The notes under the pieces were generated by a model. The model saw only the letters and a list, made by a program, of their open reading frames with translations, did no database searches and was not told the DNA's origin. Both the position numbers and the translations under genes were made by a program. Of a stretch of DNA of 58,042 nt, positions 1 to 8,809 are shown piece by piece. This DNA is from Acutalibacteraceae bacterium (lineage in GTDB: Bacteria > Bacillota > Clostridia > Oscillospirales > Acutalibacteraceae). Where the stretch lies: contig JAZLBI010000132.1 of assembly GCA_045613625.1 (NCBI GenBank), forward strand, positions 1 to 58,042, read 5' to 3'. How positions within the stretch are numbered: the first letter of the stretch is position 1; every line of letters starts with the position of its first letter.

Positions 1-45
1 CTTACAAGCAGAGGGTCACAGGTTCGAGCCCTGTTGTTCCCACCA
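1..45 (+). tRNA. tRNA-Val(TAC), 5' part cut by window edge
   Basis: Anticodon loop CT-TAC-AA at window start, T-arm ACAGG-TTCGAGC-CCTGT, ends in ACCA. Confidence 0.9.
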
Positions 46-48
46 TTT

Positions 49-125
49 GGCCCGGTAGTTCAGCTGGTTAGAACGCTAGCCTGTCACGCTAGAGGTCGAC
101 GGTTCGAGCCCGTTCCGGGTCGCCA
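49..125 (+). tRNA. tRNA-Asp(GTC)
   Basis: GGCCCGG...CCGGGTC-GCCA acceptor, anticodon arm CTAGC-CTGTCAC-GCTAG, TTCGAGC T-loop, 77 nt. Confidence 0.97.
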
Positions 126-130
126 TTGAG

Positions 131-158
131 TGACCTGTAATATTCGTATTACAGGTCA
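131..158 (+). other. Perfect 12-bp hairpin in tRNA spacer (TGACCTGTAATA-TTCG-TATTACAGGTCA)
   Basis: Read directly from sequence; followed only by a short T run. Confidence 0.7.
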
Positions 159-165
159 TTTCTAT

Positions 166-241
166 GCCTCTGTAGCTCAGTTGGTAGAGCAGTGGACTGA
201 AAATCCACGTGTCGTTGGTTCAATTCCGACCGGAGGCACCA
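166..241 (+). tRNA. tRNA-Phe(GAA)
   Basis: GCCTCTG/CGGAGGC acceptor, GTGGA-CTGAAAA-TCCAC anticodon arm, CCA end, 76 nt. Confidence 0.97.
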
Positions 242-246
242 AATTT

Positions 247-322
247 GCGGATGTAGCTCATCTGGTAGAGCGCCACCTTGCCAAGGTGGGGGGAGCGAGT
301 TCGGGCCTCGTCATCCGCTCCA
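247..322 (+). tRNA. tRNA-Gly(GCC), atypical T-loop
   Basis: GCGGATG/CATCCGC acceptor, CCACC-TTGCCAA-GGTGG anticodon arm, CCA end; T-loop reads TTCGGGC. Confidence 0.9.
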
Positions 323-370
323 TTTTTTTTGGCATAAAATATGCCGAAAGCGCATAAGTTAATAATGTGT

Positions 371-445
371 GGTGCCATAGCCAAGTGGTAAGGCACGAGT
401 CTGCAAAACTCTGATTCCCCGGTTCAAATCCGGGTGGCACCTCCA
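371..445 (+). tRNA. tRNA-Cys(GCA)
   Basis: GGTGCCA/TGGCACC acceptor, CT-GCA-AA anticodon loop, TTCAAAT T-loop, TCCA end. Confidence 0.95.
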
Positions 446-446
446 G

Positions 447-478
447 AAAAAAGCAAGTCATTCGACTTGCTTTTTTTT
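447..478 (+). terminator. Intrinsic terminator of tRNA operon
   Basis: AAGCAAGTC-ATTC-GACTTGCTT stem running into a T tract. Confidence 0.85.
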
Positions 479-486
479 ATTTTTAA

Positions 487-515
487 TTGTAAATTAAAAT
501 TTGATATGATATAAT
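487..515 (+). promoter_or_regulatory. sigmaA-type promoter
   Basis: TTGTAA-N17-TATAAT with extended -10 TG. Confidence 0.65.
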
Positions 516-545
516 TAAGACATAAAGATTTCAGTGAGGTGCGTA

Positions 546-1535
546 ATGGAAAATAAAAAAATCAGATTCGGAATTGTAGGAACGGGAGTGATTGCTCACC
601 GTTTTGCTCAGGCGATAAAAAACGTTCAAAATGCAGAGCTTGTTGCCGTTGCATCGCGAACAAAAGAAAATGCAGAGAAATTCGGCGATGAGTTTGAAAT
701 TCCGCTCAGATTTGACAGCTATGAAAAAATGGCTTGTTCCGATTCTGTTGATGCCGCATATATCGCTGTTCCGCATTCGGGTCATATCGGTTGTTCGTGT
801 CTTATGATGAAAAACGGCAAACACGTGCTTTGCGAAAAGCCGATGGCGGTTAATCTGCGAGAAGCGGAAGAAATGTTCCGCTGCGCAAAAGAAAACAATG
901 TTCTTCTTATGGAAGCAATGTGGGCACGGCTTGTTCCCGGCACAATTAAAATGCTTGAAATCGCAGAAAGCGGTCTGCTCGGCGATATACTCGGAGTTGA
1001 GGGAAAATTCTGCTATACGATGGATGAAGATGAAATGGATCATCATGTTTTCAATCCCGAAAACGGCGGCGGATCTCTTCTTGATGTCGGCGTTTACGGC
1101 CTTAACTTTGCAAGCTGGTATCTCGGAAAAGATGTTGAAGAAATCAACGCACAGTCTGATATGTATAACGGTGTGGATAGTCATACCTGCGCTCTTCTTA
1201 AATATAAGAGCGGTGCAATTGCAGATATATCGAGCGCAATTCTGCTCAGAAAGCCCAACGAAGGCTATGTTTACGGCAGCAAGGGCTATGCTCGTCTGCG
1301 CAGATTCTACGCTCCGCAGGAAATCGAAATATTCCTTAACAACGGCGAAACGCAAACAATATCCGTTCCTTATGCGGGCAACGGTTTCGAGGAGCAGATT
1401 GCCCATTTCAGTGAATGCGTTATCAACGGACTGAAAGAAAGCCCGATTGTGACACAGGAGCAGACGCTTTATATTACGGATCAGATGGATAAAATCCGAA
1501 AAATCACAGGTGTTGAATATCCGCAGGATAAATAA
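546..1535 (+). CDS. Gfo/Idh/MocA family oxidoreductase
   Basis: IRFGIVGTGVIA Rossmann motif, HVLCEKP, GGGSLLDVGVY; start placed at ATG 546 behind GAGGT SD. Confidence 0.9.
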   Translation: MENKKIRFGIVGTGVIAHRFAQAIKNVQNAELVAVASRTKENAEKFGDEFEIPLRFDSYEKMACSDSVDAAYIAVPHSGHIGCSCLMMKNGKHVLCEKPMAVNLREAEEMFRCAKENNVLLMEAMWARLVPGTIKMLEIAESGLLGDILGVEGKFCYTMDEDEMDHHVFNPENGGGSLLDVGVYGLNFASWYLGKDVEEINAQSDMYNGVDSHTCALLKYKSGAIADISSAILLRKPNEGYVYGSKGYARLRRFYAPQEIEIFLNNGETQTISVPYAGNGFEEQIAHFSECVINGLKESPIVTQEQTLYITDQMDKIRKITGVEYPQDK

Positions 1536-1543
1536 TTTTTGTT

Positions 1544-1582
1544 AAAGCATCGGAATGAAAAATTTCGGTGCTTTGTTGTTTT
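1544..1582 (+). terminator. Probable intrinsic terminator
   Basis: AAAGCATCGGA...TTCGGTGCTTT stem, T-rich tail. Confidence 0.6.
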
Positions 1583-1589
1583 AATAATC

Positions 1590-1618
1590 TTGATATTAGT
1601 AAACAGCTGTGATAAAAT
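1590..1618 (+). promoter_or_regulatory. sigmaA-type promoter of the flavoprotein/reductase operon
   Basis: TTGATA-N17-TAAAAT with TG extension. Confidence 0.6.
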
Positions 1619-1667
1619 GTATCGTATAAAATAAATTCCGTATTTGAAACGGATCGGAGGATAAACA

Positions 1668-3221
1668 ATGAAAACCTATGATGTAATCATTATCGGTGCG
1701 GGCAACGGCGGCCTTGCTGCGGCTGCAACCTGCGCGAGAGAAGGTCTTTCAACTCTTCTTCTTGAAAGGCACAACATCCCCGGCGGCTCAGCTTCTTCGT
1801 TTGTTCGCGGAAGATTTGAGTTTGAACCCTCTTTGCATGAGCTTGCAGGTGTCGGCGCTCCGGATAAATCAGGCCAGATTGAAGATATGTTTGACCGTAT
1901 GGGCGGCGATGTTGATTGGTGCACTCACGATTCAACATTTCGTCTTATTGTTCCCGCAAAAGAAGGGGATAAGGATGCTTTTATCAACGAAAACGGCGTA
2001 AGCGTTACGGTTGATGCCCGTATGCCCGTAGGTTTTCAGAATTTCGCAAGAAAGCTTAACGAGATTGTTCCGGGCTCATATGACAGCTGTATGGCGGCTT
2101 TTGACCTTTCAACCCGTATGTTCAAGGCTTTTGAATGCATGGATGATCTCTCGAAGCTTCCCGGCAGCGTCAAAGATGTTCCCGACCTTATGCGTATGAT
2201 TTCTCACACAATGAAGGAAGGTCTCGATGCCCTCGGAATGCCCAAGAAGGCTCAGGATATTTTCAACACCTATTGGTGCTATATGGGATCGCCCGCATCG
2301 CAGTTTGACTTTCTTTATTATATGGCTGTTCTTCACAGTTATGTTAAGAACGGAACAGGCATTCCTCGCCTTCGCAGCCACGAAATGAGCCTTGCTCTCG
2401 ATAAGGTTATCCGTGACAACGGCGGAGATATCTGGTATAACTCCGAGGTAACAAAGGTTATTATGAAGGACGGCAAGCCCGCAGGCGTTGTTATCAACGG
2501 TGAAAAAGAGGTTTACGGCAAATATTTTGTCTGCAACTCATATCCCTATGCAGTGTTCAAAGATTTGTTTGATAAAAAGGATGTTCCCGAAAAGCAGTTC
2601 AAGATGCTCAACTCAAGAAAGACTGCCGCAACTCTCACAACCGTTTATCTCGGAATGAATAAAACAAAAGAAGAGCTCGGAATCAAGGATTATTCCGTGT
2701 TTATCGCTCCCGATTCGGATTCCGATAAGCAGTTTGAAGCCGCTCAGGGCTATTTCAGCGGCTATTGCATCATCAACTGCCTCAACGAAATTATTCCCGA
2801 TTGCACACCTGAAGGCACAAGCCAGCTTTTCCTTACAACAATGACATTCGGCGATGTTATGAAGGATGTTAAGCCTCAGGATTATAAGAAGTTCAAAACC
2901 GAAATTGCAAGAGATATGATTGAAACCTGTGAAAAGGCTCTCAATATTTCAATAACACCTTATATCGAAGAGATTGAAATTGCTCTTCCTCCCACCTTTG
3001 CCCGCTATCTCAACACACCTCTCGGCACTCCCTACGGCTATATGCTTGAGAAATGGGACAGCATGATTCCCCGCACCGTGCAGTACGACAAAGATCAGCC
3101 GTTTGATAACTTCTTCTTCTGCGGCGCAACTCAGGAGAGAGGCGACGGCTACGGCTGCGCTTATTATACAGGCGAAAAAGCAGGCGGAATCGTTGTGAAG
3201 AAGATGAAGGAGGGCAAATAA
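1668..3221 (+). CDS. Phytoene-dehydrogenase-like (COG1233) FAD-dependent oxidoreductase
   Basis: YDVIIIGAGNGGL, LLERHNIPGG..SF.RGRFEFE, TFARYL...GTPYG, NFFFCGA...GDGY motifs; GGAGG SD. Confidence 0.85.
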   Translation: MKTYDVIIIGAGNGGLAAAATCAREGLSTLLLERHNIPGGSASSFVRGRFEFEPSLHELAGVGAPDKSGQIEDMFDRMGGDVDWCTHDSTFRLIVPAKEGDKDAFINENGVSVTVDARMPVGFQNFARKLNEIVPGSYDSCMAAFDLSTRMFKAFECMDDLSKLPGSVKDVPDLMRMISHTMKEGLDALGMPKKAQDIFNTYWCYMGSPASQFDFLYYMAVLHSYVKNGTGIPRLRSHEMSLALDKVIRDNGGDIWYNSEVTKVIMKDGKPAGVVINGEKEVYGKYFVCNSYPYAVFKDLFDKKDVPEKQFKMLNSRKTAATLTTVYLGMNKTKEELGIKDYSVFIAPDSDSDKQFEAAQGYFSGYCIINCLNEIIPDCTPEGTSQLFLTTMTFGDVMKDVKPQDYKKFKTEIARDMIETCEKALNISITPYIEEIEIALPPTFARYLNTPLGTPYGYMLEKWDSMIPRTVQYDKDQPFDNFFFCGATQERGDGYGCAYYTGEKAGGIVVKKMKEGK

Positions 3222-3222
3222 G

Positions 3223-4425
3223 ATGGCAAACAATTTCAAATCGCTCAAAGCGAAAAAATTTCTTTCAATGCTGTCTGACAGACAGAACAGATTCGAAGCC
3301 TCATCGGCAGAATTTCCCGCTTTTTCAGATCAGGCATCGGTTATCGCAAAGGCGCTTCATCCCAAGCGTCAGTATCTTAAGGTTGCCGCCGTTACCGATA
3401 TGGCAGAGGATTGCAAGAGCTTCACTCTTGTTCCCGACCCCGAAAAGGGAACGGAAGCCCTCGCTTGGTTCGGCGCAGGCAAATATCTTACCGTTTTTGA
3501 AACAATTGAGGGTATGCCCGTGACAAGAGCATATTCGATTTCATCCTCGCCCAAGGATTCTCTTGAGGGCAAATATGTGCTCACAATCAAGCTTGTTGAA
3601 GGCGGACTTGTTTCGCGCTATATTTTTGATACATGGGAAGTGGGCACAAGCGTTGAGGTTTCTGCTCCTTCAGGCAACTTCGAATATCAGCCTCTGCGCG
3701 ATGCCAAGAAGGTTATCTGCCTTGCGGGCGGCAGCGGCATAACACCCTTCGTTTCAATGGCGAATGCAATTGCCGACGGCGATGAGGATTTTGAAATGAC
3801 TCTTCTCTACGGCAGCAGAACTTATGAAAATATTCTTTTCCGCGATGAACTTGATGCGCTTGCCGAAAAATGCGATAAAATCAAGGTTGTTCACGTTCTC
3901 AGCGACGAAAAGAAGAAGGTTAAGGGAACCGAAAAAGGCTTTATTACCGCTGAACTTATCAAGAAATATGCCCCCGAAAACGAGGCATACTCAGTGTTCC
4001 TTTGCGGACCTCAGCAGATGTATGAATTTGTTGATAAGGAACTTGAAAAACTCGGCCTTGAGAAGAAGTATATCCGCCACGAAATGTTCGGCGAATTCCA
4101 TAATCCTTCAACCCAGCCCGATTATCCCTCGGATGTTCCCGAAACTGTGAGAATAACTGTCACAATTCAGGATAAAACCTATATCATCAAGGGTTCGTCT
4201 AATGATTCGGTTATGCAGACCATCGAAAAGAACGGCCTTGCAGTGCCCGCAAGATGCCGAAGCGGCGAATGCGGTTTCTGCCATTCGCATCTTCTTTCGG
4301 GCAAGGTTTATGTGCCCAAGCATCTTGAATACCGCCGCCTTGCAGACTATAAGTTCGGTTGCATTCATCCTTGCTGTTCGTTCCCGCTTACGGATATTGA
4401 AATCAATGTTCCCGCGGCAAAATAA
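3223..4425 (+). CDS. FNR-type flavin reductase with C-terminal 2Fe-2S ferredoxin (PaaE/Hcr/PDR architecture)
   Basis: TRAYSISS (FAD), LAGGSGITPF and FLCGP (NAD(P)H), CRSGECGFC...C (2Fe-2S). Confidence 0.88.
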   Translation: MANNFKSLKAKKFLSMLSDRQNRFEASSAEFPAFSDQASVIAKALHPKRQYLKVAAVTDMAEDCKSFTLVPDPEKGTEALAWFGAGKYLTVFETIEGMPVTRAYSISSSPKDSLEGKYVLTIKLVEGGLVSRYIFDTWEVGTSVEVSAPSGNFEYQPLRDAKKVICLAGGSGITPFVSMANAIADGDEDFEMTLLYGSRTYENILFRDELDALAEKCDKIKVVHVLSDEKKKVKGTEKGFITAELIKKYAPENEAYSVFLCGPQQMYEFVDKELEKLGLEKKYIRHEMFGEFHNPSTQPDYPSDVPETVRITVTIQDKTYIIKGSSNDSVMQTIEKNGLAVPARCRSGECGFCHSHLLSGKVYVPKHLEYRRLADYKFGCIHPCCSFPLTDIEINVPAAK

Positions 4426-4430
4426 ATAAA

Positions 4431-4466
4431 AAAAGGCTCGGAGTGATGATGTCACTCCGAGCTTTT
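4431..4466. terminator. Bidirectional terminator
   Basis: GCTCGGAGTGA-TGATG-TCACTCCGAGC flanked by A and T runs between convergent genes. Confidence 0.8.
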
Positions 4467-4469
4467 GCA

Positions 4470-5594
4470 TTATATATCCGCATCCGTTATTCTTTCAATT
4501 TCAATCGATTCCGTATAAATTTCTCTCGGGTTGTTTTCGTCAAGAATAATGAGCCTTCCGCCTCGCTCCTGACCGTAGGTGAAATATCCTGCGCCGAGGG
4601 TCTGATAAAGGTCTATACCGTCAATGTTTATGCGAAAATCGTTGATGTGGTCGTGGCCGAAGAATGCCGCAACAATATCGCCCGTCTTTTTCCAGCTTTC
4701 AAACTGCCTTCTGTGGTTATATTCCATATGAGGCGGACAGGGCTTTTCTCTTATTCTGCCTTCAAGTATTTCGTGGCCGAATTTATAATAATTACAATCG
4801 CGGCTGAAGGTGTAATCATTATCCGCTGTCACATCCTCAAAGCCGTCAAGCTCCTGCTGAACGGGGATATGCTGAAAAAGAATTGCGGGCAGGGGATTGC
4901 CACCGTTTTCTTCTTTGAGCTCTGCCGCACGCTTTTCATACCAGTCGATCTGGTCATCGTGAACGCAGTCGTAGCAAAGTCCGCCTTCAGGGCTTCTCTG
5001 ATAATCGTTTGAGTCGATAAGCCAGATTGCAAAGGCATCCTTATCGCTTTTGCTGTTTTTGATTGTCACACAGCAGTTGCCGCAGCCGTAAACATCGGCA
5101 TCGTTGAGGTTTGAACGGCAGTTTTTATATTCCATATATTGCATCATCTGAAACTCGGTGTGAAAGCCTTCTTCGCCGTCGTGATTGCCGAAAACAACGC
5201 ATAGAGGGATGTTTCTCTCTCTTATCGGTGCGGTTATTCTTCTAATTGTGTTCTGAACAAAATTATAGGTAAATTCCTGCCAGTAACCGCTGATGTTGTC
5301 GCCGCCGAAAACAACAAGGTCGGGTTTCGTTTTTTCAACAAGCTGTTCGATAACATTTATTGTTTCTTTGTCGCAGGCTATGGGATTTTCGGGGTTGGGG
5401 TCGTCATCCATTTCAGGCTCAACATTGTGAATGTCTGTTATGTGAAGAATTCTGAATTTGCCGTCTTCGCCGAATCTGAGCGGAGCAGGCTTTTCTCTTC
5501 TGAATTTTGCTGAGCTGAATTTATGGGGCGCACCCATCGCGCCGAGACAGGGGAGAGCAAGACCTGCAAAGAATGATCTGAGAATTATGTTCAT
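4470..5594 (-). CDS. Calcineurin-like metallophosphoesterase (Dcr2/PAP-like)
   Basis: TDIH, GGDN, FGNHDGE, FQHIP, GHDHIN motifs; start moved to ATG 5594 (AGGAG SD). Confidence 0.85.
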   Translation of the reverse strand: MNIILRSFFAGLALPCLGAMGAPHKFSSAKFRREKPAPLRFGEDGKFRILHITDIHNVEPEMDDDPNPENPIACDKETINVIEQLVEKTKPDLVVFGGDNISGYWQEFTYNFVQNTIRRITAPIRERNIPLCVVFGNHDGEEGFHTEFQMMQYMEYKNCRSNLNDADVYGCGNCCVTIKNSKSDKDAFAIWLIDSNDYQRSPEGGLCYDCVHDDQIDWYEKRAAELKEENGGNPLPAILFQHIPVQQELDGFEDVTADNDYTFSRDCNYYKFGHEILEGRIREKPCPPHMEYNHRRQFESWKKTGDIVAAFFGHDHINDFRINIDGIDLYQTLGAGYFTYGQERGGRLIILDENNPREIYTESIEIERITDADI

Positions 5595-5659
5595 AATAAA
5601 AACTCCTGATGATTTTTGTGTATTATAACACATTTATGAACTGATTTTCAACATAGTGT

Positions 5660-5688
5660 TTGACATTAATATACAAAAATGATATATT
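5660..5688 (+). promoter_or_regulatory. sigmaA-type promoter for MFS-LRR operon (divergent TTGAAA-N18-TATAAT on minus strand at 5622-5651)
   Basis: TTGACA-N17-TATATT with TG extension. Confidence 0.65.
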
Positions 5689-5727
5689 ATATATATTATT
5701 ATAAAAAATATAAAAAGGAGATTTTTT

Positions 5728-7482
5728 ATGGCAGGTTTAACAGGCAAGGTTAAATCGCTGTTTACGGAAATCAAAAACCATTGGAATACTCCCGCTGAGG
5801 GCAAATATGTTCCCTACAAAGAGTATAAAGATGTTGTTTTTGCCGTAGGCAGTAACTACGCGGGCTCAAAGGTGCTTGAATACATAGGCTTTTTCTCCTC
5901 TTGTTATCTCATTATGCACCATTATAAGTTGCCCTATCTCACCTTCTCGGTTATCGGTATTCTCAATATGCCTCTCGGCTATATTTCGGCGCTGATATGG
6001 TGGTTTGTGTGCGACAACCTCGGATTCCTTCCCAAGAAAACAGAAAGAAAGCTGTATCTTGTATATGGCCTTATGGCGCTGTTCGGAATATCAACGATTC
6101 TGTTTGATTATTCTTCTTTGTTTAATCAATCAGGCTCGTTCATAAGATATCTCAACGGCCTTGAAGGAATGAGTGCAACCGCCTGTTTCAAAACCTTCGG
6201 AACGCATTTTCTTTATACAGGCTGGGTTGGCGCACGAAACATTTTCTGGCGTAAAAAGCTCTTGCCGAAATACGGCAGATATAAGTATTCGCTTTATTGC
6301 GATGTTGTTCCCAAGTGCGTGATGGTTATTCTCATCGGCTGGCTTCCCGTTTATAACATCCCTGATGTTGCAACAAGAGTATGGGTTGCAAACCTTCTTT
6401 TTGCAACTTATAATGTTTTCGGCTTTGCAAATAACCTTGAAACCTGCACAAGAAGCATCAGCCCCAATCTTCAGGAAAGAATTCTCGTCAGAAGCTACCC
6501 CGTAAAGCTTTCGCATTTTCTTAACACAATCGTTGGACTTGTTATCAGCGTTGTTATCGGCAACCTCAGATATGAATGGGCTGATATCAATCTCTACAGA
6601 TATGTTATCCCCATAACATTCATTTCTCTTTCGGCGCTCACAATGTTCTTTGCAGGCAGAGTAAAAGAAAGAATTCCTCAGCCGCCCGTTGAAAAGAAAG
6701 TTCAGATCAAGTTCTGGGACGGTATGTTTGGCGTGCTCCATAATAAATACCTGCTTATCAACACGATAAAAGACCTTATCGACTCTCTGGGCAACGGTAT
6801 GCTGCCGTTTGTGACGATACTTTATCTGTACACCTTCCGTCTGAGCGGTCTGCCCTATACGCTTATTGTTATGCTTATTTCGTTTGCAGGAACTCCGCCC
6901 GATATGCTTTCGCCCTATTTCCTCAAGAGATTTTCATATAAGCAGATTATGATTTTCTATCAGCTTTCAAGAGCGGTTGGCAATGCGGTAATCGCCGCAG
7001 CGATGTGGTTCTGCGGAGATAATCTCACCCTTTGCGGAACAATATGCGTTGTTGTTCTGTTCTTTATGGAAATGACAAAAACCGTTCCCACAACTGCGGG
7101 TCACGATATGAATGTTCGTATCGGCGACTATCAGATGTATCTTTCAGGCGAACGCCTTGAGAGTTTCACCGGCGTTTTCGGCTGGTTTACCGGCCCTATA
7201 ACTTCTTTTGTAGGTCTTCTTATTCCTCTTATGCTTCTCAAATACGGCTTCAACAGCAACTGGGATGTTCTCTTTGTTGATGATTCGAGAAGAAACATAA
7301 TCGTTGTTCCTCTTATTGTTGATGTTATCGGTTTTGTTTTGATGACAATTCCCTATCTTTTCTGGGATTATGACAGCAAGAAGCAGAATATGGTTATGGA
7401 AGTTCTCAAACGCCGTGCAGAGGTAACCGAAAGAAAGGCTGCTGAAGACGGTGAGAAGATCTCCGGCGGATATATAGGATAA
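5728..7482 (+). CDS. MFS transporter, divergent MelB/GPH (MFS_2)-like
   Basis: Many hydrophobic helices; KYGRYK loop, ISPNLQER, RVKERI, DYQMYLSGERLE motifs typical of GPH carriers. Confidence 0.75.
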   Translation: MAGLTGKVKSLFTEIKNHWNTPAEGKYVPYKEYKDVVFAVGSNYAGSKVLEYIGFFSSCYLIMHHYKLPYLTFSVIGILNMPLGYISALIWWFVCDNLGFLPKKTERKLYLVYGLMALFGISTILFDYSSLFNQSGSFIRYLNGLEGMSATACFKTFGTHFLYTGWVGARNIFWRKKLLPKYGRYKYSLYCDVVPKCVMVILIGWLPVYNIPDVATRVWVANLLFATYNVFGFANNLETCTRSISPNLQERILVRSYPVKLSHFLNTIVGLVISVVIGNLRYEWADINLYRYVIPITFISLSALTMFFAGRVKERIPQPPVEKKVQIKFWDGMFGVLHNKYLLINTIKDLIDSLGNGMLPFVTILYLYTFRLSGLPYTLIVMLISFAGTPPDMLSPYFLKRFSYKQIMIFYQLSRAVGNAVIAAAMWFCGDNLTLCGTICVVVLFFMEMTKTVPTTAGHDMNVRIGDYQMYLSGERLESFTGVFGWFTGPITSFVGLLIPLMLLKYGFNSNWDVLFVDDSRRNIIVVPLIVDVIGFVLMTIPYLFWDYDSKKQNMVMEVLKRRAEVTERKAAEDGEKISGGYIG

Positions 7483-7497
7483 GAGAGGTGGAATGTT

Positions 7498-8712
7498 ATG
7501 AGCAAAAAAGATAAAAAGATAAAAACAAAGGCAGAAGAGCCGATTGTTCTTGATATTCCCGATGATGAGATATGGACTTATCAGGTTGATGGCCTCGCAG
7601 CTCCTCATATTCACAGACCGTATAAGCATTACGGAATCAAAAAGTTCATATTTGCGATTGTTATTATCATTGCGGTTTCTCTTTCAATGTATTTCAGCGT
7701 AAGAACCGTTCAGAAAGAAACTTATGAATATGAACAGACCCAGGCGGGATACACTCTTTCAAAATTCAGCAACACGGGCTTCATAACCGAGCTTGATATC
7801 GATTATGTTTCTTCTGTTGAATACGACGAAAAAAATCCCGATGCAACCACGAATTTCACAATCAAAAAGGATAAAACCAAAAAGGTGACATCGGTTGGTG
7901 CATATGCGCTCAACTGCGACGAAAAGGTGAAGGTTATCAATATCGGCGCTGATGTTGATTTTGTTGACCCGAAGGCGTTTTATTCCTGCTGGGCGCTCAG
8001 ACAGATTGAAGTTGATGAGAATAATCCCAACTACTGTGATGTTGACGGCGTTCTTTTCAGCAAGGATAAAAAGACGGTTATCTGCAGACCTTGTGACCAC
8101 GATACATATCTTGCTGAAAAATACGGCTATGCAAAATATGATGAAAACGGCGGAAGAATCGAGCCTGCTCCCGAAGATGCAAACTATGAGCAGTATGTTA
8201 ATGATGTTCTGACTTATGTTGTGCCTTCGAGTGTTGAAACAATCGGTGAGCTTTGTTTCAACTATGCGAATATGAAGAATGTTTATCTTCCCGAAGGCTT
8301 GAAAACAATTGAAACTCTCGGCTTTTTTGAAATTCCTCTGCTTGAGAATGTTTACACCTATAAGGGTGAAAACGCAGATTCTCATTTCATCGCAGAAGAG
8401 TCTCTCGGCGAAATCTATCTTTCGCTCCCCGAAGGGCTTGAATATATAGGCTCAGATGCCTTCAGCTATAATCAGGCGATGAACTATATCTATATTCCCG
8501 AAAGCGTGAAATATATCGGTCACCACGCATTCTGGGATACCGTGTATAAAGAGAATGACGAGCTTCACGGTATCAGGCAGATAAATGTTGCTGCATCCGA
8601 AGAAGCCTTTGATGAGGTTGATGTTGGCGACAGCTGGAGACCGCAGTATGACTATATGCTTTTCAAAAAGAGCGTTGATATTATTTATGAGGCAAAAAGA
8701 GCTGAAAAATAA
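7498..8712 (+). CDS. Membrane-anchored BspA-type leucine-rich repeat (LRR_5) protein
   Basis: Single TM at aa ~50-68; repeats LPEGLEYIGSDAF, IPESVKYIGHHAF; VDENNPNYCDVDGVLFSKDKK insert. Confidence 0.8.
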   Translation: MSKKDKKIKTKAEEPIVLDIPDDEIWTYQVDGLAAPHIHRPYKHYGIKKFIFAIVIIIAVSLSMYFSVRTVQKETYEYEQTQAGYTLSKFSNTGFITELDIDYVSSVEYDEKNPDATTNFTIKKDKTKKVTSVGAYALNCDEKVKVINIGADVDFVDPKAFYSCWALRQIEVDENNPNYCDVDGVLFSKDKKTVICRPCDHDTYLAEKYGYAKYDENGGRIEPAPEDANYEQYVNDVLTYVVPSSVETIGELCFNYANMKNVYLPEGLKTIETLGFFEIPLLENVYTYKGENADSHFIAEESLGEIYLSLPEGLEYIGSDAFSYNQAMNYIYIPESVKYIGHHAFWDTVYKENDELHGIRQINVAASEEAFDEVDVGDSWRPQYDYMLFKKSVDIIYEAKRAEK

Positions 8713-8809
8713 TAAGAAATTATTCGTTAAATTGCGGGTGAAATATTGATTTTGTTCTCTTGTTGATGTATAATACCGTTTAAATTTTCAAAGCAAAGAA
8801 GTGTTAATT

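Noticed and set aside
130-461. ORFs 130..357 (+) and 258..461 (-)
   Set aside because: They overlap well-formed tRNA genes; typical tRNA shadow ORFs
531-1406. Long antisense ORFs (also 6130..6741, 7759..8385, 37281..37913 and others)
   Set aside because: Mirror frames of confidently identified genes, with no SD or recognisable motifs
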